A DNA stretch of 64,000 bases from positions 1,056,001 to 1,120,000 of the forward strand of contig CAVUWD010000016.1 in assembly GCA_963745025.1 (NCBI GenBank), read 5' to 3'. Of the stretch, positions 1 through 10,770 are shown piece by piece (position 1 is the first letter of the stretch; every line of letters begins with the position of its first letter). Source of the stretch: an uncultured delta proteobacterium (GTDB lineage: Bacteria > Desulfobacterota > Binatia > JACPRU01). A model generated the notes under the pieces. The model ran no database searches. It had not been told where the DNA came from and saw only the letters and a program-made list of their open reading frames with translations. The position numbers were made by a program, and so were the translations under genes.

Positions 1-1045
1 GCGCCGGGTCGAACTCGGTCCCGCAAACGACGTCGATGAGCGGAGCGACGGGTGAACCGGACTGGCTGGTACGGGACGGCAGCGGTCGCGTCTCGGCCGT
101 GACGCGCGGTAAGAGCCGTTCGACGTCTTCCCTCCGGCAGAGCTGCGTTCCCTCGTGGATCACCGCGGCGGTTCCGGCTGCGACGCCGAGGCGGCACGCT
201 CCCTCGAGCGGGTCGCCGCGCGACAGCGCGAGAACGAACGCCGCGAGGAACGCGTCGCCCGCACCCACCTTGCTCAGCACTTCGACCGCCGGCGGACGGA
301 CACGCACGGCTTCGGTCGCCGTGACCACCAGCGCGCCCTCGCCGCCGAGCGTCACCGCCACGATCTCTACGCCTGAGGCGACGATGTCTTGCGCCACCTG
401 GAGGATCTGGGCGTCGTCGCGAAGCTCCTTCCCCGCCAGGCGCGCGAGCTCGTTCTCGTTCGGCTTGATGCCATACGGGCGCGCTTCGATTCCCACCCGC
501 AGCGCGTCATCGTCGGCGTCGAGGAAGCAGCGTGCGCCCGCCCGGCCGAGATCGCGAATCAGACGGGCGTAGAAATCGACGGGAATTCCACGCGGTAAGC
601 TGCCGCCAAGGACCCACCAGGGCGGCATGGGCGCGCGGCCGAGGATGAGCGCGGCCAGCCGATCCGCCTCGTCGAGCGTCACCCACGGGCCTGGCGAGCT
701 GATGCGCGTCTGCGTCCGATCCGAGCGGTCCGTGAAGATGAAGTTGATCCGCGTCTCCTCGAGCACCTCCACCGATTCGAATGCGATGCCGCGCTCGCGG
801 AGAAGCCTCTTGACGATGTAGCCGGCGCCTCCACCGGTGAGACCGAACGCCAGCGTCTCGGCGCCGAGCTCCCTCAGCACGCGCGAAACGTTGATGCCCT
901 TGCCTCCCGGATCGCGGCGGATGTCGCGCGCCCGGATTGCGTCGTCCTTGACGAGTCGATCGATCAGGATGTGCTGATCGATCGACGGATTCATGGTCAC
1001 GGTCGCGATCGGAGGTTTGGGGCTCGTCGCCCCGCTTGGGGTCAT
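1..1045 (-). CDS. 1-phosphofructokinase-family (PfkB) hexose kinase, 3' end beyond window
   Basis: Manual minus-strand translation: MTPSGATSPKPPIATVTMNPSIDQHILID...DPGGKGINVSRVLRELG...ETRIN...GGSLPRG...KPNENE. Not in the ORF track because it runs off the edge. Confidence 0.9.
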   Translation of the reverse strand, partial: MTPSGATSPKPPIATVTMNPSIDQHILIDRLVKDDAIRARDIRRDPGGKGINVSRVLRELGAETLAFGLTGGGAGYIVKRLLRERGIAFESVEVLEETRINFIFTDRSDRTQTRISSPGPWVTLDEADRLAALILGRAPMPPWWVLGGSLPRGIPVDFYARLIRDLGRAGARCFLDADDDALRVGIEARPYGIKPNENELARLAGKELRDDAQILQVAQDIVASGVEIVAVTLGGEGALVVTATEAVRVRPPAVEVLSKVGAGDAFLAAFVLALSRGDPLEGACRLGVAAGTAAVIHEGTQLCRREDVERLLPRVTAETRPLPSRTSQSGSPVAPLIDVVCGTEFDPA

Positions 1046-1229
1046 GCTCGGCGGAGCTGCGAGAGCCGTGCCATTCGCCTGGTGGCGCTCACACGATCGA
1101 GGATTCTCACGGTTGAGAGAGAGCGCGGAGGTCATTCCTGAATCTGAGACTCCACTTCCCGTGAGCCCCGATCAGCCATACTCCCGATGTTTCGTGACGG
1201 TGGTACGAAACCTGCTGATACCGAGAGGT

Positions 1230-1742
1230 ATGCGGCTTTCCGAAGTCATCTCGTATTGTGCGGGGATCGAGCGCATGATCGCCGAGATCTACGAAAGCTT
1301 CGCCGAGCGCTGGCCGGAGCCGCCGATCGGGACCCTTTGGCATCAGTTGGCAACTGAAGAGATCGGCCACGGCATGCTCCTCGACAACGCCGCACGTTTC
1401 CCCGCCGCGAACCGCGACGACCCGGGGCTCGACGCCGCGAAGCTCACCGCGCTTCGCGAAGCGGTCGCGGCTCGATTCCTGTCGCCGGAGGCATCGCTGG
1501 ATGACGCCTTCGCGGCCGCGCTCGATCTCGAGCAGCTCGAGCTCGACAACGTGTATCGCCGCCTGCTCGCGCTCACCAGCGACGACTCACGGATGTCGAC
1601 GGCGTTTCGCTCCACTCTCGGTCAGGTCAGTGGTCACGAGAGTAGGCTCCTCTCCGCGATCGAGAAGCACGCCAAGGATGCGAAGCTCGTCGAGCGTGCC
1701 GCTCGTGACCGCCGGCGGATGCTTCAGCACGGCGCGGCCTAG
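1230..1742 (+). CDS. Ferritin-like/rubrerythrin-type protein
   Basis: GAGAGG RBS before ATG 1230; IERMIAEIY..EEIGH and LE..VY..HE diiron-type helical motifs. Confidence 0.65.
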   Translation: MRLSEVISYCAGIERMIAEIYESFAERWPEPPIGTLWHQLATEEIGHGMLLDNAARFPAANRDDPGLDAAKLTALREAVAARFLSPEASLDDAFAAALDLEQLELDNVYRRLLALTSDDSRMSTAFRSTLGQVSGHESRLLSAIEKHAKDAKLVERAARDRRRMLQHGAA

Positions 1743-1822
1743 CACTGCGGGCACGACGCCGACACTGACTCCGGGCACGGCGGCGCTCGGCTTCGGCGCG
1801 AGCGGGTGCCGCCGGTGGGCGA

Positions 1823-2017
1823 CTAACCCCTCTTTGCCCGTTCTCGCGCGGCCACCATCTCCCCGACCTCCAATGCCTTGCGGACCTTCGGCTCGGTCAA
1901 GGCGCGCCGCTCGAGACGGCGGCGGCGAAGCGGCTTGGCCACGTATTCGTCCATGAGGATGAAGGCGATCGTGAAGAGGATGAGGAAGATGCCCGCATTG
2001 GAAAACGTGATCTCCAT
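1823..2017 (-). CDS. Small single-TM membrane protein downstream of MMPL
   Basis: 64 aa with a hydrophobic N-terminus and basic tail; AGGA RBS; co-oriented with MMPL. Confidence 0.65.
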   Translation of the reverse strand: MEITFSNAGIFLILFTIAFILMDEYVAKPLRRRRLERRALTEPKVRKALEVGEMVAARERAKRG

Positions 2018-2044
2018 GAGAGTCCTACTTTCTCGATCGCCGCC

Positions 2045-4445
2045 TCAGGCGCTCGCAGCGCCCGCGCGAGTCGGCGCTTCGGCCGACGTGATCTCGCGCG
2101 TGATGAACTTCGGTTTCACGAGCAAGATCAACACCGGCATCAGGGTTTGCGACGCGACGAAGCTGACGCCCATCCAGATTGCCAGCAGGCCGCCCATCTC
2201 CGCGTCGAATCGGATGTTCGACGTGGTCCAGAGCAAGGTGCTCATCACCATCGTCACGGCCGTGAAAGTAACGCCCTTTCCGGTGGTGCACAACGCGATC
2301 TTCGTGGCTTCGTAGAGATCCTTCGTCACGCGGATCTCTTCGATGATTCGGCTGACGATGTAGAGGCCGTAATCGATGCCGAATCCGATGCCCACCGTCA
2401 CCACGGGCAGCGTATGCAGGTTCACGCCGATGTTGCGCAGGCTCATGTACGCGTTGACGAAGGCATTCGAAACGAAGAGCGGCAATAGCATGTAAATCCC
2501 GGCCGTGAAGGACCGATACGTGAAGAGTAGAATGAGGTAGATCGTGACCAACCCGAGGAGGTTCATCAGAATGTCGTTGTGTACGATCTCCTCGTTGGCC
2601 GCCGCCGTCACACCGATCAGGCCACCTGCCAGCCGGAAGTTGACCTTGTCCGACGGAAATTTTTCTATGAAGTCGCGGCAGCGGTTGATGATTCGCGCCA
2701 CGGTATCCCCCTGGTGGTTCCGGCAGAAGAAGGTGACGTGTCCGTTCGTGTACGAAGGATCCAGGTACTTCGCCGTCTCGGTCGGCGGCGACCCCGCGAA
2801 GAAGATGAAGAAGAGGTTCGCGATGCGTCCGACCTCCTCGGGAATCACGCCCCACCGCGGCTCGGTGTCGAGGAAGACCATGTTGATCGACTGCACGATG
2901 TCGGAAAGCGAGAAGCTGTAGCCGACGTCGGGATCACGATCGACGTAGCGCTGGAACGATTCCATCGCTTCGAGCGTCCTCGGCTCCTTCAGCGCCTTCT
3001 TCTCCTTGCCCTCGACCACGATGATCAGCGGCTCGACGCCGCCGAACTTGTTGGATGCGCGTGTGTGATTGGTTGTAGGGGGAATCGGGCCAGAGCAGCG
3101 GCGAGGCCGCCGTCGGATCACCGATCGTCAGGCCGCGGAGGAAGATCAGCGAGAAAACGAAGATTCCTGCCCACACGATGACGGTGATCGCTTTACCTGC
3201 GTTCGACAGCGTCGCGTCCGTCAGGCGATCCATGAAGGTCTTGAACCAGCCTTCCTCGCGGAGCATGACCATCTCGGGCTCGGGGGCCCTCAGGTAGTAG
3301 TAGACGATCGGGTTCAGCAGGACCTCGGAGACGGTGATCGCGAAGATCCACCACGAGGCGGTGATGGCGAGCTTCTGCAGCATCACCACCGGAATCAGCA
3401 TGATCACCAGCACGCCGAATGCGTCGGTGACGATCCCGGAGAAGGTCGGCACGAAGAGCTCGGCGAACGCGGCGACGATCGCCTTGCGCTTGTCCCAGTC
3501 GTTCTTCAGGTACTCCTCGTAGTAGCGGTCGTGCATCTGGATGGCGTGGCTCACCGCGCGCGCGGTGATCAGGAACGGCATCACGAGCATCAGCGGGTCG
3601 AGAGCAAAGCCGATCAGGTGGATGAAGCCGAGACCCCAGAACGCCGCGAGAAGCCCGGTGATCGTCGGCCGGAGCGCGCCGCGCCAGTCGTGGAAGTACA
3701 TCCAGCGCAGCACCCACTCGATGCAGTACGTGACCACCAGGATCCAGAAGACGTCGTTGGCGTAGCTGTAGACCCAGCCGTACAGACGGGGCTCACCTGC
3801 CACCCAGATCCGCGTATTGTCGTCCTGGTACGGCGCGATGATCTTCTCGTTGATGTCGTGGAAGATCTGCGGGTAGTCGATCCGTCCCTCGAGGAAGTTG
3901 GCGCGGATGAGTGCAGCCTTGTCATCCAGCGACACGAGGATTCCGTGCAGGTTCTCCGAGAAATGCACGATGTCTCGGGTGTTCGCCACCTCCTTGTCCG
4001 ACACCGGCGGACGCCGCATGACGGGGGGTGACGAGATGGAGCCGCCCTGCATCGTCAGATAGCGAGTCGAGCGATGGCCGATCGAGTCGATCTGATCGTG
4101 GTTGACGCCGGGGAGGACGTCGACGGCCTGCGTCGCCTTGAAGATCCTGGTGAGAGTTTCCCGGCTGAAAATGCTGCCTTCCTTCACCTCGAACATGATC
4201 GTGATGTTGTTGGCGCCGCCGAACTGCGATGCGTACTTGTCGTGCACCGCGATGAACGGGTGCCGGTAGGGGAGCAGCTCGCCAAAGCTGGTGAACATCT
4301 GGAGCTGCATCGATTCGTAGGTCATGAAGGCCGTGAAGGCGACCGTGACTAGGGAGACCCACATCCGGTTGTCGATCAGCCAGTCGCCAACCTTGTAGAG
4401 CGCTGCCTTTTGCTCTTCTGGTGACTGGGCTTGCGTCTCGATCAT
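2045..4445 (-). CDS. MMPL/RND-family transporter (frameshift near 3050)
   Basis: ORFs 2934-4445 and 2045-3121 join at SPYNQSHTRIQ/KFGGVEPL; two TM repeats; GIGFGIDYGLY motif. Confidence 0.88.
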
Positions 4446-4458
4446 GGATTCTCTCCCT

Positions 4459-4484
4459 CTATCTATCCTGCCTATCTATCCTGC
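4459..4484. repeat. 13-bp tandem duplication CTATCTATCCTGC x2 just upstream of the MMPL start
   Basis: Read directly. Confidence 0.85.
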
Positions 4485-4724
4485 GGGCGTGTCGGTACGG
4501 CGCCCTAGGCGGTGCAGCGCGCTGGGGGAATATCTCACTTACTTACTCCTGTCGACTTCCCGCCTGATCGTTCTCATCGGCCAACCTCGATGATCCACGG
4601 CCACGAGGTCATCCGTGTCGATTCCCCCTGTAGACCTCGCGCAACCAGCACGGAGCTTTCGCGCCCAGCGAGGCGCATCAAGCAACCGCAGGATTTTGGT
4701 GGTACAGCAGAGTCGGCCAAACCA

Positions 4725-4811
4725 GCCGGGGTGGCGAAACGGTAGACGCAGGGGACTTAAAATCCCCTCGGGGGGTAACTCCCGGTGAGGGTTCGATTCC
4801 CTCCCCCGGCA
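4725..4811 (+). tRNA. tRNA-Leu(TAA)
   Basis: GCCGGGG..CCCCGGC-A acceptor stem; anticodon arm GGGGA-CTTAAAA-TCCCC (TAA 4758-4760); long variable arm; GGTTCGATTCC T-loop; CCA not encoded. Confidence 0.95.
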
Positions 4812-4825
4812 GTCATTCCAACGAG

Positions 4826-5915
4826 TTAACTCTTCTCCCGCTTGCGATCGATCGACACGACTTCAGCCTTTTGTCCCAACGCTTCCCCAACGCGGCCCAA
4901 TGCGGCCTCGCGGAGGTCGTTTTCGCTCGTGATGTTGTAGCGGTCGAAGATCGAGCGCGTTTTGTGGCCGAGGATCTTCATGGCCGTGCTTTCATGCACA
5001 CCGCGACGCACCATGTCTCGGGCGGCCGTGCGACGGAAATCGCGGAAGAGCATACCGGGAACCCCAGCTCGCTGGCACGCCGACTGCCACGCCGAATTGA
5101 TGTCCTTGAGTGGCATTCCGTCGCGGTGGAAGACGTGGCGCACTATGACGCCGTGTTCCCGCTCGAGTGCCGTGGTCTTTTCGTCCCATTCCCTGAGCGC
5201 AGCGAGCGCCTCCGGCGGGAAATAGGCTATGCGGCCTTCGCTCTTCGTGGTGCCGGGGTCGAGCACGATCCTCCCGGTTGTGAGATCGACCTGCCGGCGC
5301 TCGAGCCGCAGTAGTTCACCCTTCCGCCATCCCATCCAGAAGGCGACGGCTACGAGCGGTCGCAGGTGGTCGGGGAGCTCGGCGCGGACCTTCTCGAAAG
5401 CGCCCCGCTCGAAGAAGCCCGTTCGAAACGTTCTCGAGGCGGATCGTCGGGAAGTGGGGAACGCGCATTACCTTGTCTGCCTGTGCTCCGAGGCGGAACA
5501 TGCGGCGCAGCGCCGCGAGCTCGAGCGCGACCGTGCCCCGGGCCGCTTTCTCGGCGAGCCGCGTCTCGATGCAGTGACGGATACGCGGCGTGCTCACCGC
5601 AACGGCCAGGTCCCCACCGAAGACCGGATCCAGGTGCGCCCACCGCTTCTCGAGGTCCTTTACGCGCTTGTCGTTGATCTCGTAGTCGCGCTTCAGGTCG
5701 GCGTAGAGATCCGTTACGCGCGTATGTGCCGCGTCAGGATTGAAGCGGCCCTCGCTCATATCGGCGAGTCGCTTGCCGAGTAAATCGAGCGCCTCGCTGC
5801 GCGTTCGCGCTTCCGTGCGGATCTCCGCTCGCTTGCCTGCCGACGTGCTGATCCGAAGGAACCACGTCTTGCCCCGCCGCCGGACGCTGCCCTGACGATT
5901 GGCGCGCTTGCTCAT
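4826..5915 (-). CDS. int: Tyrosine recombinase/integrase (+1 frameshift at ~5427)
   Basis: Arm-binding N-terminus GSVRRRGKTWFLRI; GWRKGE, TTKSEG, FRDFRRTA, ILGHKT..FDRYNI. Removing one base of the AAA run at 5426-5428 restores ENVRTGFFE. Confidence 0.9.
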
Positions 5916-6097
5916 TGTCGGCCTCCCTTCTTCTCCTTCCGTGCGAGGTAGTCCGCCACGGCTTCGCGGATCATGTCTCGAATGGTCGTGTCCTCATCGA
6001 CGGCGAGATGCTGCAACCGTCGGTACATCTCCCGTTCGAAAGTCGCGGTAGTCGTGATGAGCTCCCCTGCTTCCATCTTCGGTTTTCTCCCTTTCAT
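5912..6097 (-). CDS. Ribbon-helix-helix (CopG-like) regulator
   Basis: 61 aa, TTTATFEREMYRRLQHLAVDEDTTIRDMIREAVADYL; 4-bp overlap with the int start. Confidence 0.8.
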   Translation of the reverse strand: MKGRKPKMEAGELITTTATFEREMYRRLQHLAVDEDTTIRDMIREAVADYLARKEKKGGRQ

Positions 6098-6104
6098 GGA
6101 AGAT

Positions 6105-6134
6105 ATCGTAGTACGGTAGTAGTTAGCTATGCAA
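6105..6134 (-). promoter_or_regulatory. Sigma70-like promoter for RHH-int, likely leaderless
   Basis: Minus strand TTGCAT-N18-TACGAT, 7 nt before the ATG; spacer holds (C)TAC repeats. Confidence 0.55.
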
Positions 6135-6142
6135 GTAGAAAC

Positions 6143-6502
6143 TTATGCTCGCCCGTACTTTGGGCGGTTCCGTATCCACTTCTCGAGCTCGCTCCTGATC
6201 CAGCGTGGGGTGCCGGCGAGTGAGCGCCGAGGCGGGAGGTCGGCGACGTGCTTCTCTACCCACGACCGCGAAACGCCGAGAAGACGGGCGACACCGGCGT
6301 AATCCAGCAGAACGTCGTCGCCGTGTGGATCGGGCGGCGCTGACCTCCCGTTCTTGCCGGAGGCGGCCAGTGTCACAAGGACGACGGTGGCTCGTGCTGC
6401 GAGGGTCCGCACCGCGTCGGGAGGCAGGGCCTCGGCGACGGTTGGGTCGGCGGCGATCTCGTCGAGGGTCGGGACGGGGTGGAGATCTCGGTTGGCGTTC
6501 AC
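6143..6502 (-). CDS. Excisionase/AlpA-like HTH DNA-binding protein
   Basis: C-terminal LLDYAGVARLLGVSRSWV...GTPRWIRSELEKWI. Confidence 0.8.
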   Translation of the reverse strand: MNANRDLHPVPTLDEIAADPTVAEALPPDAVRTLAARATVVLVTLAASGKNGRSAPPDPHGDDVLLDYAGVARLLGVSRSWVEKHVADLPPRRSLAGTPRWIRSELEKWIRNRPKYGRA

Positions 6503-6622
6503 GATGGTTCCTACACCGGCTCAGACGGGGCGGATGCGCTGACAAACCGTCCCGCCGTGGGAGGGGTGGTTGACGTTCCGAGATCGAGGGTCTTGGCGGT
6601 CGAACCTACTCCGCAAACCGAA

Positions 6623-6655
6623 AGAGGGCGGCGCGCCCATGAGGCGTCGCCCTCT
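6623..6655 (-). terminator. Rho-independent terminator
   Basis: AGAGGGCGGCGC/GCGTCGCCCTCT stem followed by T-rich sequence on the minus strand, just after stop 6674. Confidence 0.65.
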
Positions 6656-6673
6656 CTTACTTTCCGACGTCTC

Positions 6674-8143
6674 CTACTGCGAAGCAGGGCACGCCGTGTT
6701 AGGTGGAGGGCAAATACCCTCTTCGGATTTCGGAACTTCAGGATAAATCAGGATGTTGCCCTTGGTCAGATCGCCCAGCGCGCCAGCGCCGCCGTCAACG
6801 ATATCAGGGTCACGACCAGTCGGAACTTGGCTCGTACAGCACACCTGCATTAGCAGGGTCTGCTGCTCTGCCTGATCGGCCGGTCTCCAGATAAGCATGG
6901 TGTAGTGATCGCTTGGCTTGCTTCCCGGCTCGCCACGATCCACGGCCTCGACGCGGAACACGACCGTCTCCGTCTTCTTCCCGTTTGTAGGGGTGAAGGA
7001 TCCCAGGCCGGAGAAACAAATCGCGTTAGCCGGCGCGTCTGGAGGAGAGGGCCCATCCGGCGCGGATGGCGGATCGCAGAGGTTACCTTGCGGGGTCGAG
7101 AAGCCCCCGCTGCTGGTTGGCCCAGGGAGGATGTCGCCAGGGTTGAGGCAGCTGCACTCAAGGCTGTTGTAGTCACCGGCGTGGAAATTTCCCCCGGCCT
7201 TTCGATAATGCTTCCACTCTCCTTGAGTAGCACCGGTGTTGTCGAAGCAGCCAACGCATCCGCACGGAGCGCCGACATCGCCCCCGAAGGATGCAACCTT
7301 GGTCTTTGCGTTGTTGGTGCTAGTGACCATGTTCGTACCGGGCAGCCCCCCGCCGCCCGTGATCCGGCAGCCAGTCTGCACGGCAGTCGGCGTATTCGTG
7401 GGCGTGTTGATCGGCAGATTCGTGAGCGTGTTGGTCAGCGAATTCGTGAGCGTGTTGGTCAGCGGATTCGTCGGCGTCGGCGTGTTCGTAGGCTTCGGCG
7501 TATCCGTTGGCATGTCGGTCGGCGTATTGGTTGGCGTGTCGGTCGGCGTATTGGTTGGCGTGTCGGTCGGCGTATTCGTCGGGGTGTTGATATTTACGGA
7601 TAAATTCTTGTCGGCACTATTCGGGTCATTTACGCTGCCGTTGCCGTGGAGGAGGCCCACCTCGTGCGAGTTCACCGTCGCCGTCACCACACCCGGATTG
7701 ACCAGGATTTCGCAGTCCCTAGTCGCAGAGAAGCACTCTGCGGCACTGCGGGCCGGGCAGTTCACCGCAGGTGTTAAAGAAGCTCCGCCGGCGAGCTGAA
7801 ATACCGTTCCGGTCGCAGCCCCGCTTACCGCTGGGCACGTAAAGGTGATCGCCGCGTCCGTGACGTCGCACGCGGTCAAATCGGCGCTGTTGTGGAAGCT
7901 GATCGTGTAGGTGACCGTGTCGCCGTTGTTGATCGCGTTCGCCCTCTTCGCGATGTCGAGGCTGGTTCTGTCCGTGCTACAGCCCGGGGGGCTGATGTCG
8001 GCCCTCGCCGTACCGGTAACGAGCAGCCCGACCATGGCGCTCACCATCAAGAAGAGGCATCTCGCAAATCCTCTCTTACCTGGCAGTTCCCTCCATCTTC
8101 CGTAGCGTTGTTTGAGCGTAGGAATACTCGTCACCGTGACCAC
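6674..8143 (-). CDS. Secreted Cys-rich protein: Ig-like (DUF11-type) domain, Pro/Thr linker, C-terminal GCRITGGG domain (start may be ~8047)
   Basis: Signal peptide ..[10 protein letters not shown]; [13 protein letters not shown]; TPTN/TPTD repeats. Confidence 0.75.
   Translation of the reverse strand: MVTVTSIPTLKQRYGRWRELPGKRGFARCLFLMVSAMVGLLVTGTARADISPPGCSTDRTSLDIAKRANAINNGDTVTYTISFHNSADLTACDVTDAAITFTCPAVSGAATGTVFQLAGGASLTPAVNCPARSAAECFSATRDCEILVNPGVVTATVNSHEVGLLHGNGSVNDPNSADKNLSVNINTPTNTPTDTPTNTPTDTPTNTPTDMPTDTPKPTNTPTPTNPLTNTLTNSLTNTLTNLPINTPTNTPTAVQTGCRITGGGGLPGTNMVTSTNNAKTKVASFGGDVGAPCGCVGCFDNTGATQGEWKHYRKAGGNFHAGDYNSLECSCLNPGDILPGPTSSGGFSTPQGNLCDPPSAPDGPSPPDAPANAICFSGLGSFTPTNGKKTETVVFRVEAVDRGEPGSKPSDHYTMLIWRPADQAEQQTLLMQVCCTSQVPTGRDPDIVDGGAGALGDLTKGNILIYPEVPKSEEGICPPPNTACPASQ
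7387..7586 (-). repeat. Coding 12/24-bp tandem repeats ([16 protein letters not shown])
   Basis: Units such as GTCGGTCGGCGTATTGGTTGGCGT and ATTCGTGAGCGTGTTGGTCAGCG. Confidence 0.85.
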
Positions 8144-8351
8144 CCGCGGGCGCGCCAGCCCGCTGCGCGTGCTGGGCGGCAGCGTCTCACCGTCTCAACG
8201 AGCGCGACCGCCGCTACCGGCACACCGTGCTCGTGGGCGGCACGCTGAGCACGGAGCGAAAAATCATCATCGAGGACGCAATCGTCGCGGTGGAATGAAC
8301 ACTCGTCCGTAGCGGACAACCCATCCAGCCTAACCCCTGGCACGTCCGAGA

Positions 8352-10058
8352 TCAGCCCATCGGCCCCTGATACACCTCGACGAAGCGCTGGAACAGATCC
8401 CGCGGAATCGCCAGATTGGCGTCGCGATCGGTGCGTAAGCACACCACTGCCGGCGCCTTCGCTGCCTTGGCACGCTTCAGCGCGGGTTCGACGTCTTCCA
8501 TCCGCTCAGCGTACTCGCCGTGGCACCCGAACCCCTCGGCCACCCGATCCCAGCGCACCGTACCCTGGTCGGTGCCAAACGTCCGTCCATAGAGCATGCG
8601 CTCGTTGGGCTCCTCCATCGTCCACGAGCCTTCGGCGAAGACGATCGTCGTGATCTTCACGCCGTCGCGTGCGGCCGATTGCATCTCCATGAAATTGAAC
8701 CCGGCGGCGCCGTCGCCGGTCACGCACACCACCTCGCGATCCGGTGCACCCAGCTTCGCTCCAATCGCAGACGGGATGCCGGTGCCGAGCATCCCGAGCT
8801 CGAGGATGTTGTGGTACGAGCGCGGCGGCGTCGAGGGGAGGCACGCATGCGCCCACAACGAGGTGTTGCCTCCGTCGGCAACGTAGACTGCATTTCTGCC
8901 GAAGACGGTGCCAACCGCGCGCAGCGCGTGCGCTGGGTGCATGCCCGCGCCCGTCCAGCCCGCAACCGGCGACAGCTGTTCGTCCCACCACGCTTGCGCC
9001 GCCTGGCGGTAACGTGCGAGGTCTGCGCCATCGCGGCGGGCGACCTGCCTCGTCCGTAGCGCAAGGATGAGCCCCTCGAGCGCATTCTTGACGTCCGCGA
9101 CAATGCCCAGCGCCAGCGGCCGGGTGACGCCCATGTTGCGCGGATCGACATCGATCTGGATGAGCTTCTGGCCCGCCGGATCGCCCCAGTACTTGTCGTA
9201 CGGAATCTCGAGATTGCCGAGCCGCGATCCTGCGACGAGGATGACGTCGGCTTCCCGCTTCACCGCATCGCCGCCGCCGCCAAACCCGAAGATGTAGTTG
9301 GGGTGGTCGAGCGGAACCGACGAACGCCCCGCCATCGTCGAGACTACCGGACAGTTCAGCAGCGTGACGAGTTCCAGCAGTGCGGCATTGGCATCCCCCC
9401 GGTCCACACCGGATCCGGAGACCACGAGCGGCCGCCGCGCTGTGGCGAGCAGCTCCGAGGCCAGTCGTAGCTGGGCGTCGGAGGCTTGCGGCCGCGGCGG
9501 GCGGTACGCGGCCGGCGGCCATACCGGGGCGCTGTGCTCGTCGCCCGTCGCATACAGGACCGGGCCTGGCAGCTCGATATGCACCGGCCCGGGCCGGCCC
9601 GTCCACATTTCGCGGAAGGCCAATCGCACGACCTCGGGGATACGCTCCCACGACAAGATGGGGCCACCCCATTTGACCACGGGCTTGAAGACATCGAGTT
9701 GATCCTGTCCCTGGAACGTGGAAGGCGGCGAAGGATAGACGATGCCGAGGCGGTGCTGCGACGTGATTGCAACGACTGGAACACCCTCATGGCGTGCCGT
9801 AATCACTCCCGGTAGGAGATTGGCGGAGCCGGGACCCGGATTCCCGAGGACCGCTGCGACCTGACCCGTCGTTTTGTAGAGTCCCTCCGCCATGTGCACA
9901 CCCGCCGCTTCGTGCCGCACGGGAAACAGTCGGATGCCGTACGGGGCGAGCTGGGCGAGCAGCGGGTCCACCTCCGGAGACGGTAGCCCGAACACGAACT
10001 TCACCCCTTCATTCGCGAGGCAACGCGCCAGCAGCTCACCGCCGGTAATTGTGCTCAT
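8352..10058 (-). CDS. Thiamine pyrophosphate-binding enzyme (acetolactate synthase-like family)
   Basis: VRHEAAG, GPGSAN, GRPGPVHIE, GDGAAGF TPP motif. Confidence 0.92.
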   Translation of the reverse strand: MSTITGGELLARCLANEGVKFVFGLPSPEVDPLLAQLAPYGIRLFPVRHEAAGVHMAEGLYKTTGQVAAVLGNPGPGSANLLPGVITARHEGVPVVAITSQHRLGIVYPSPPSTFQGQDQLDVFKPVVKWGGPILSWERIPEVVRLAFREMWTGRPGPVHIELPGPVLYATGDEHSAPVWPPAAYRPPRPQASDAQLRLASELLATARRPLVVSGSGVDRGDANAALLELVTLLNCPVVSTMAGRSSVPLDHPNYIFGFGGGGDAVKREADVILVAGSRLGNLEIPYDKYWGDPAGQKLIQIDVDPRNMGVTRPLALGIVADVKNALEGLILALRTRQVARRDGADLARYRQAAQAWWDEQLSPVAGWTGAGMHPAHALRAVGTVFGRNAVYVADGGNTSLWAHACLPSTPPRSYHNILELGMLGTGIPSAIGAKLGAPDREVVCVTGDGAAGFNFMEMQSAARDGVKITTIVFAEGSWTMEEPNERMLYGRTFGTDQGTVRWDRVAEGFGCHGEYAERMEDVEPALKRAKAAKAPAVVCLRTDRDANLAIPRDLFQRFVEVYQGPMG

Positions 10059-10345
10059 GGTATTCTCCTTTCGGTGGTGAGGAAGCGCGGCGCATTCGCC
10101 TTCAGAGCTGACGGTCGACGCTGCGCTTCTCCACCTCCGCTACGACTCCAGTCACGGACGCACATCCACTTTCCGAAGATCAACTCCATCACGCGCCGCG
10201 GGCTCGCTGCGAATGCCGCGAGAACACGGTCGCCGGTAATCTCCATGCGGCGAGAGCATATGAGAATCGACGGCACTCGACAATCGAGGAAGCATAGTCC
10301 ATTGATCCGCTGCTCACCGCTTACGTTCGAACCGCCTGGGCTGAT

Positions 10346-10361
10346 ATCTGTGATCACAGAT
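10346..10361. promoter_or_regulatory. Perfect 16-bp palindrome ATCTGTGATCACAGAT, probable GntR operator
   Basis: Overlaps the GntR start codon. Confidence 0.65.
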
Positions 10362-10770
10362 GGAGAGTGAAGCCAAGCTCGCCAATGGCCGTCGAGATCC
10401 GCTGGCGCCGATCGAACGTCGGACTCTCGACGAAATCACTTACGCACGCCTCGAGAGGGCGCTCCTGTCTGGACGGCTCGAGCCGGGGCACGTCTTGCCG
10501 CTGCGGGGGCTCGCCGCGACTCCCAGGACGACCGTGATGCCGGTTCGCGATGCGGTCGGACGACTCGCGGGCGAACAAGCCATCGCGCTGCTGCTGAACC
10601 GGGAGATCCGCATCCCCCGCCTTACGCCCGAGCACGCAGACGAGGTTTGGGGTCTGGTCGAGCGCTCCGCGGCGGAGGAGCCGGCATCCGGTAGTGTAAT
10701 GCCGCTCGGCGCCGAGCGAGCGGCCTCGCAAGCAAGCCGATCGCAGCGGCTGCGGAGGAAAATCGAATGA
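10360..10770 (+). pseudogene. GntR (FCD-type) regulator lacking most of the effector domain
   Basis: HTH region YARLERALLSGRLEPG..LRGLA..VMPVRDA, then resemblance is lost after ~100 aa. Confidence 0.65.

Larger units (their letters stand above)
4812..6620 (-). mobile_element. Integration module (int-RHH-xis) of a genomic island at tRNA-Leu; distal end not found
   Basis: Integrase stop lies 14 bp from the tRNA 3' end; RHH and Xis-like genes upstream; no attR copy seen in the window. Confidence 0.75.

Noticed and set aside
4826-6502. Prophage
   Set aside because: No capsid, terminase, tail or replication genes follow
6505-6620. Structured antisense RNA (c4-like) upstream of xis
   Set aside because: Only a vague resemblance; no convincing fold without a covariance search
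7387-7586. Possible CRISPR array
   Set aside because: In-frame 12/24-bp coding repeats with no unique spacers; no cas genes seen
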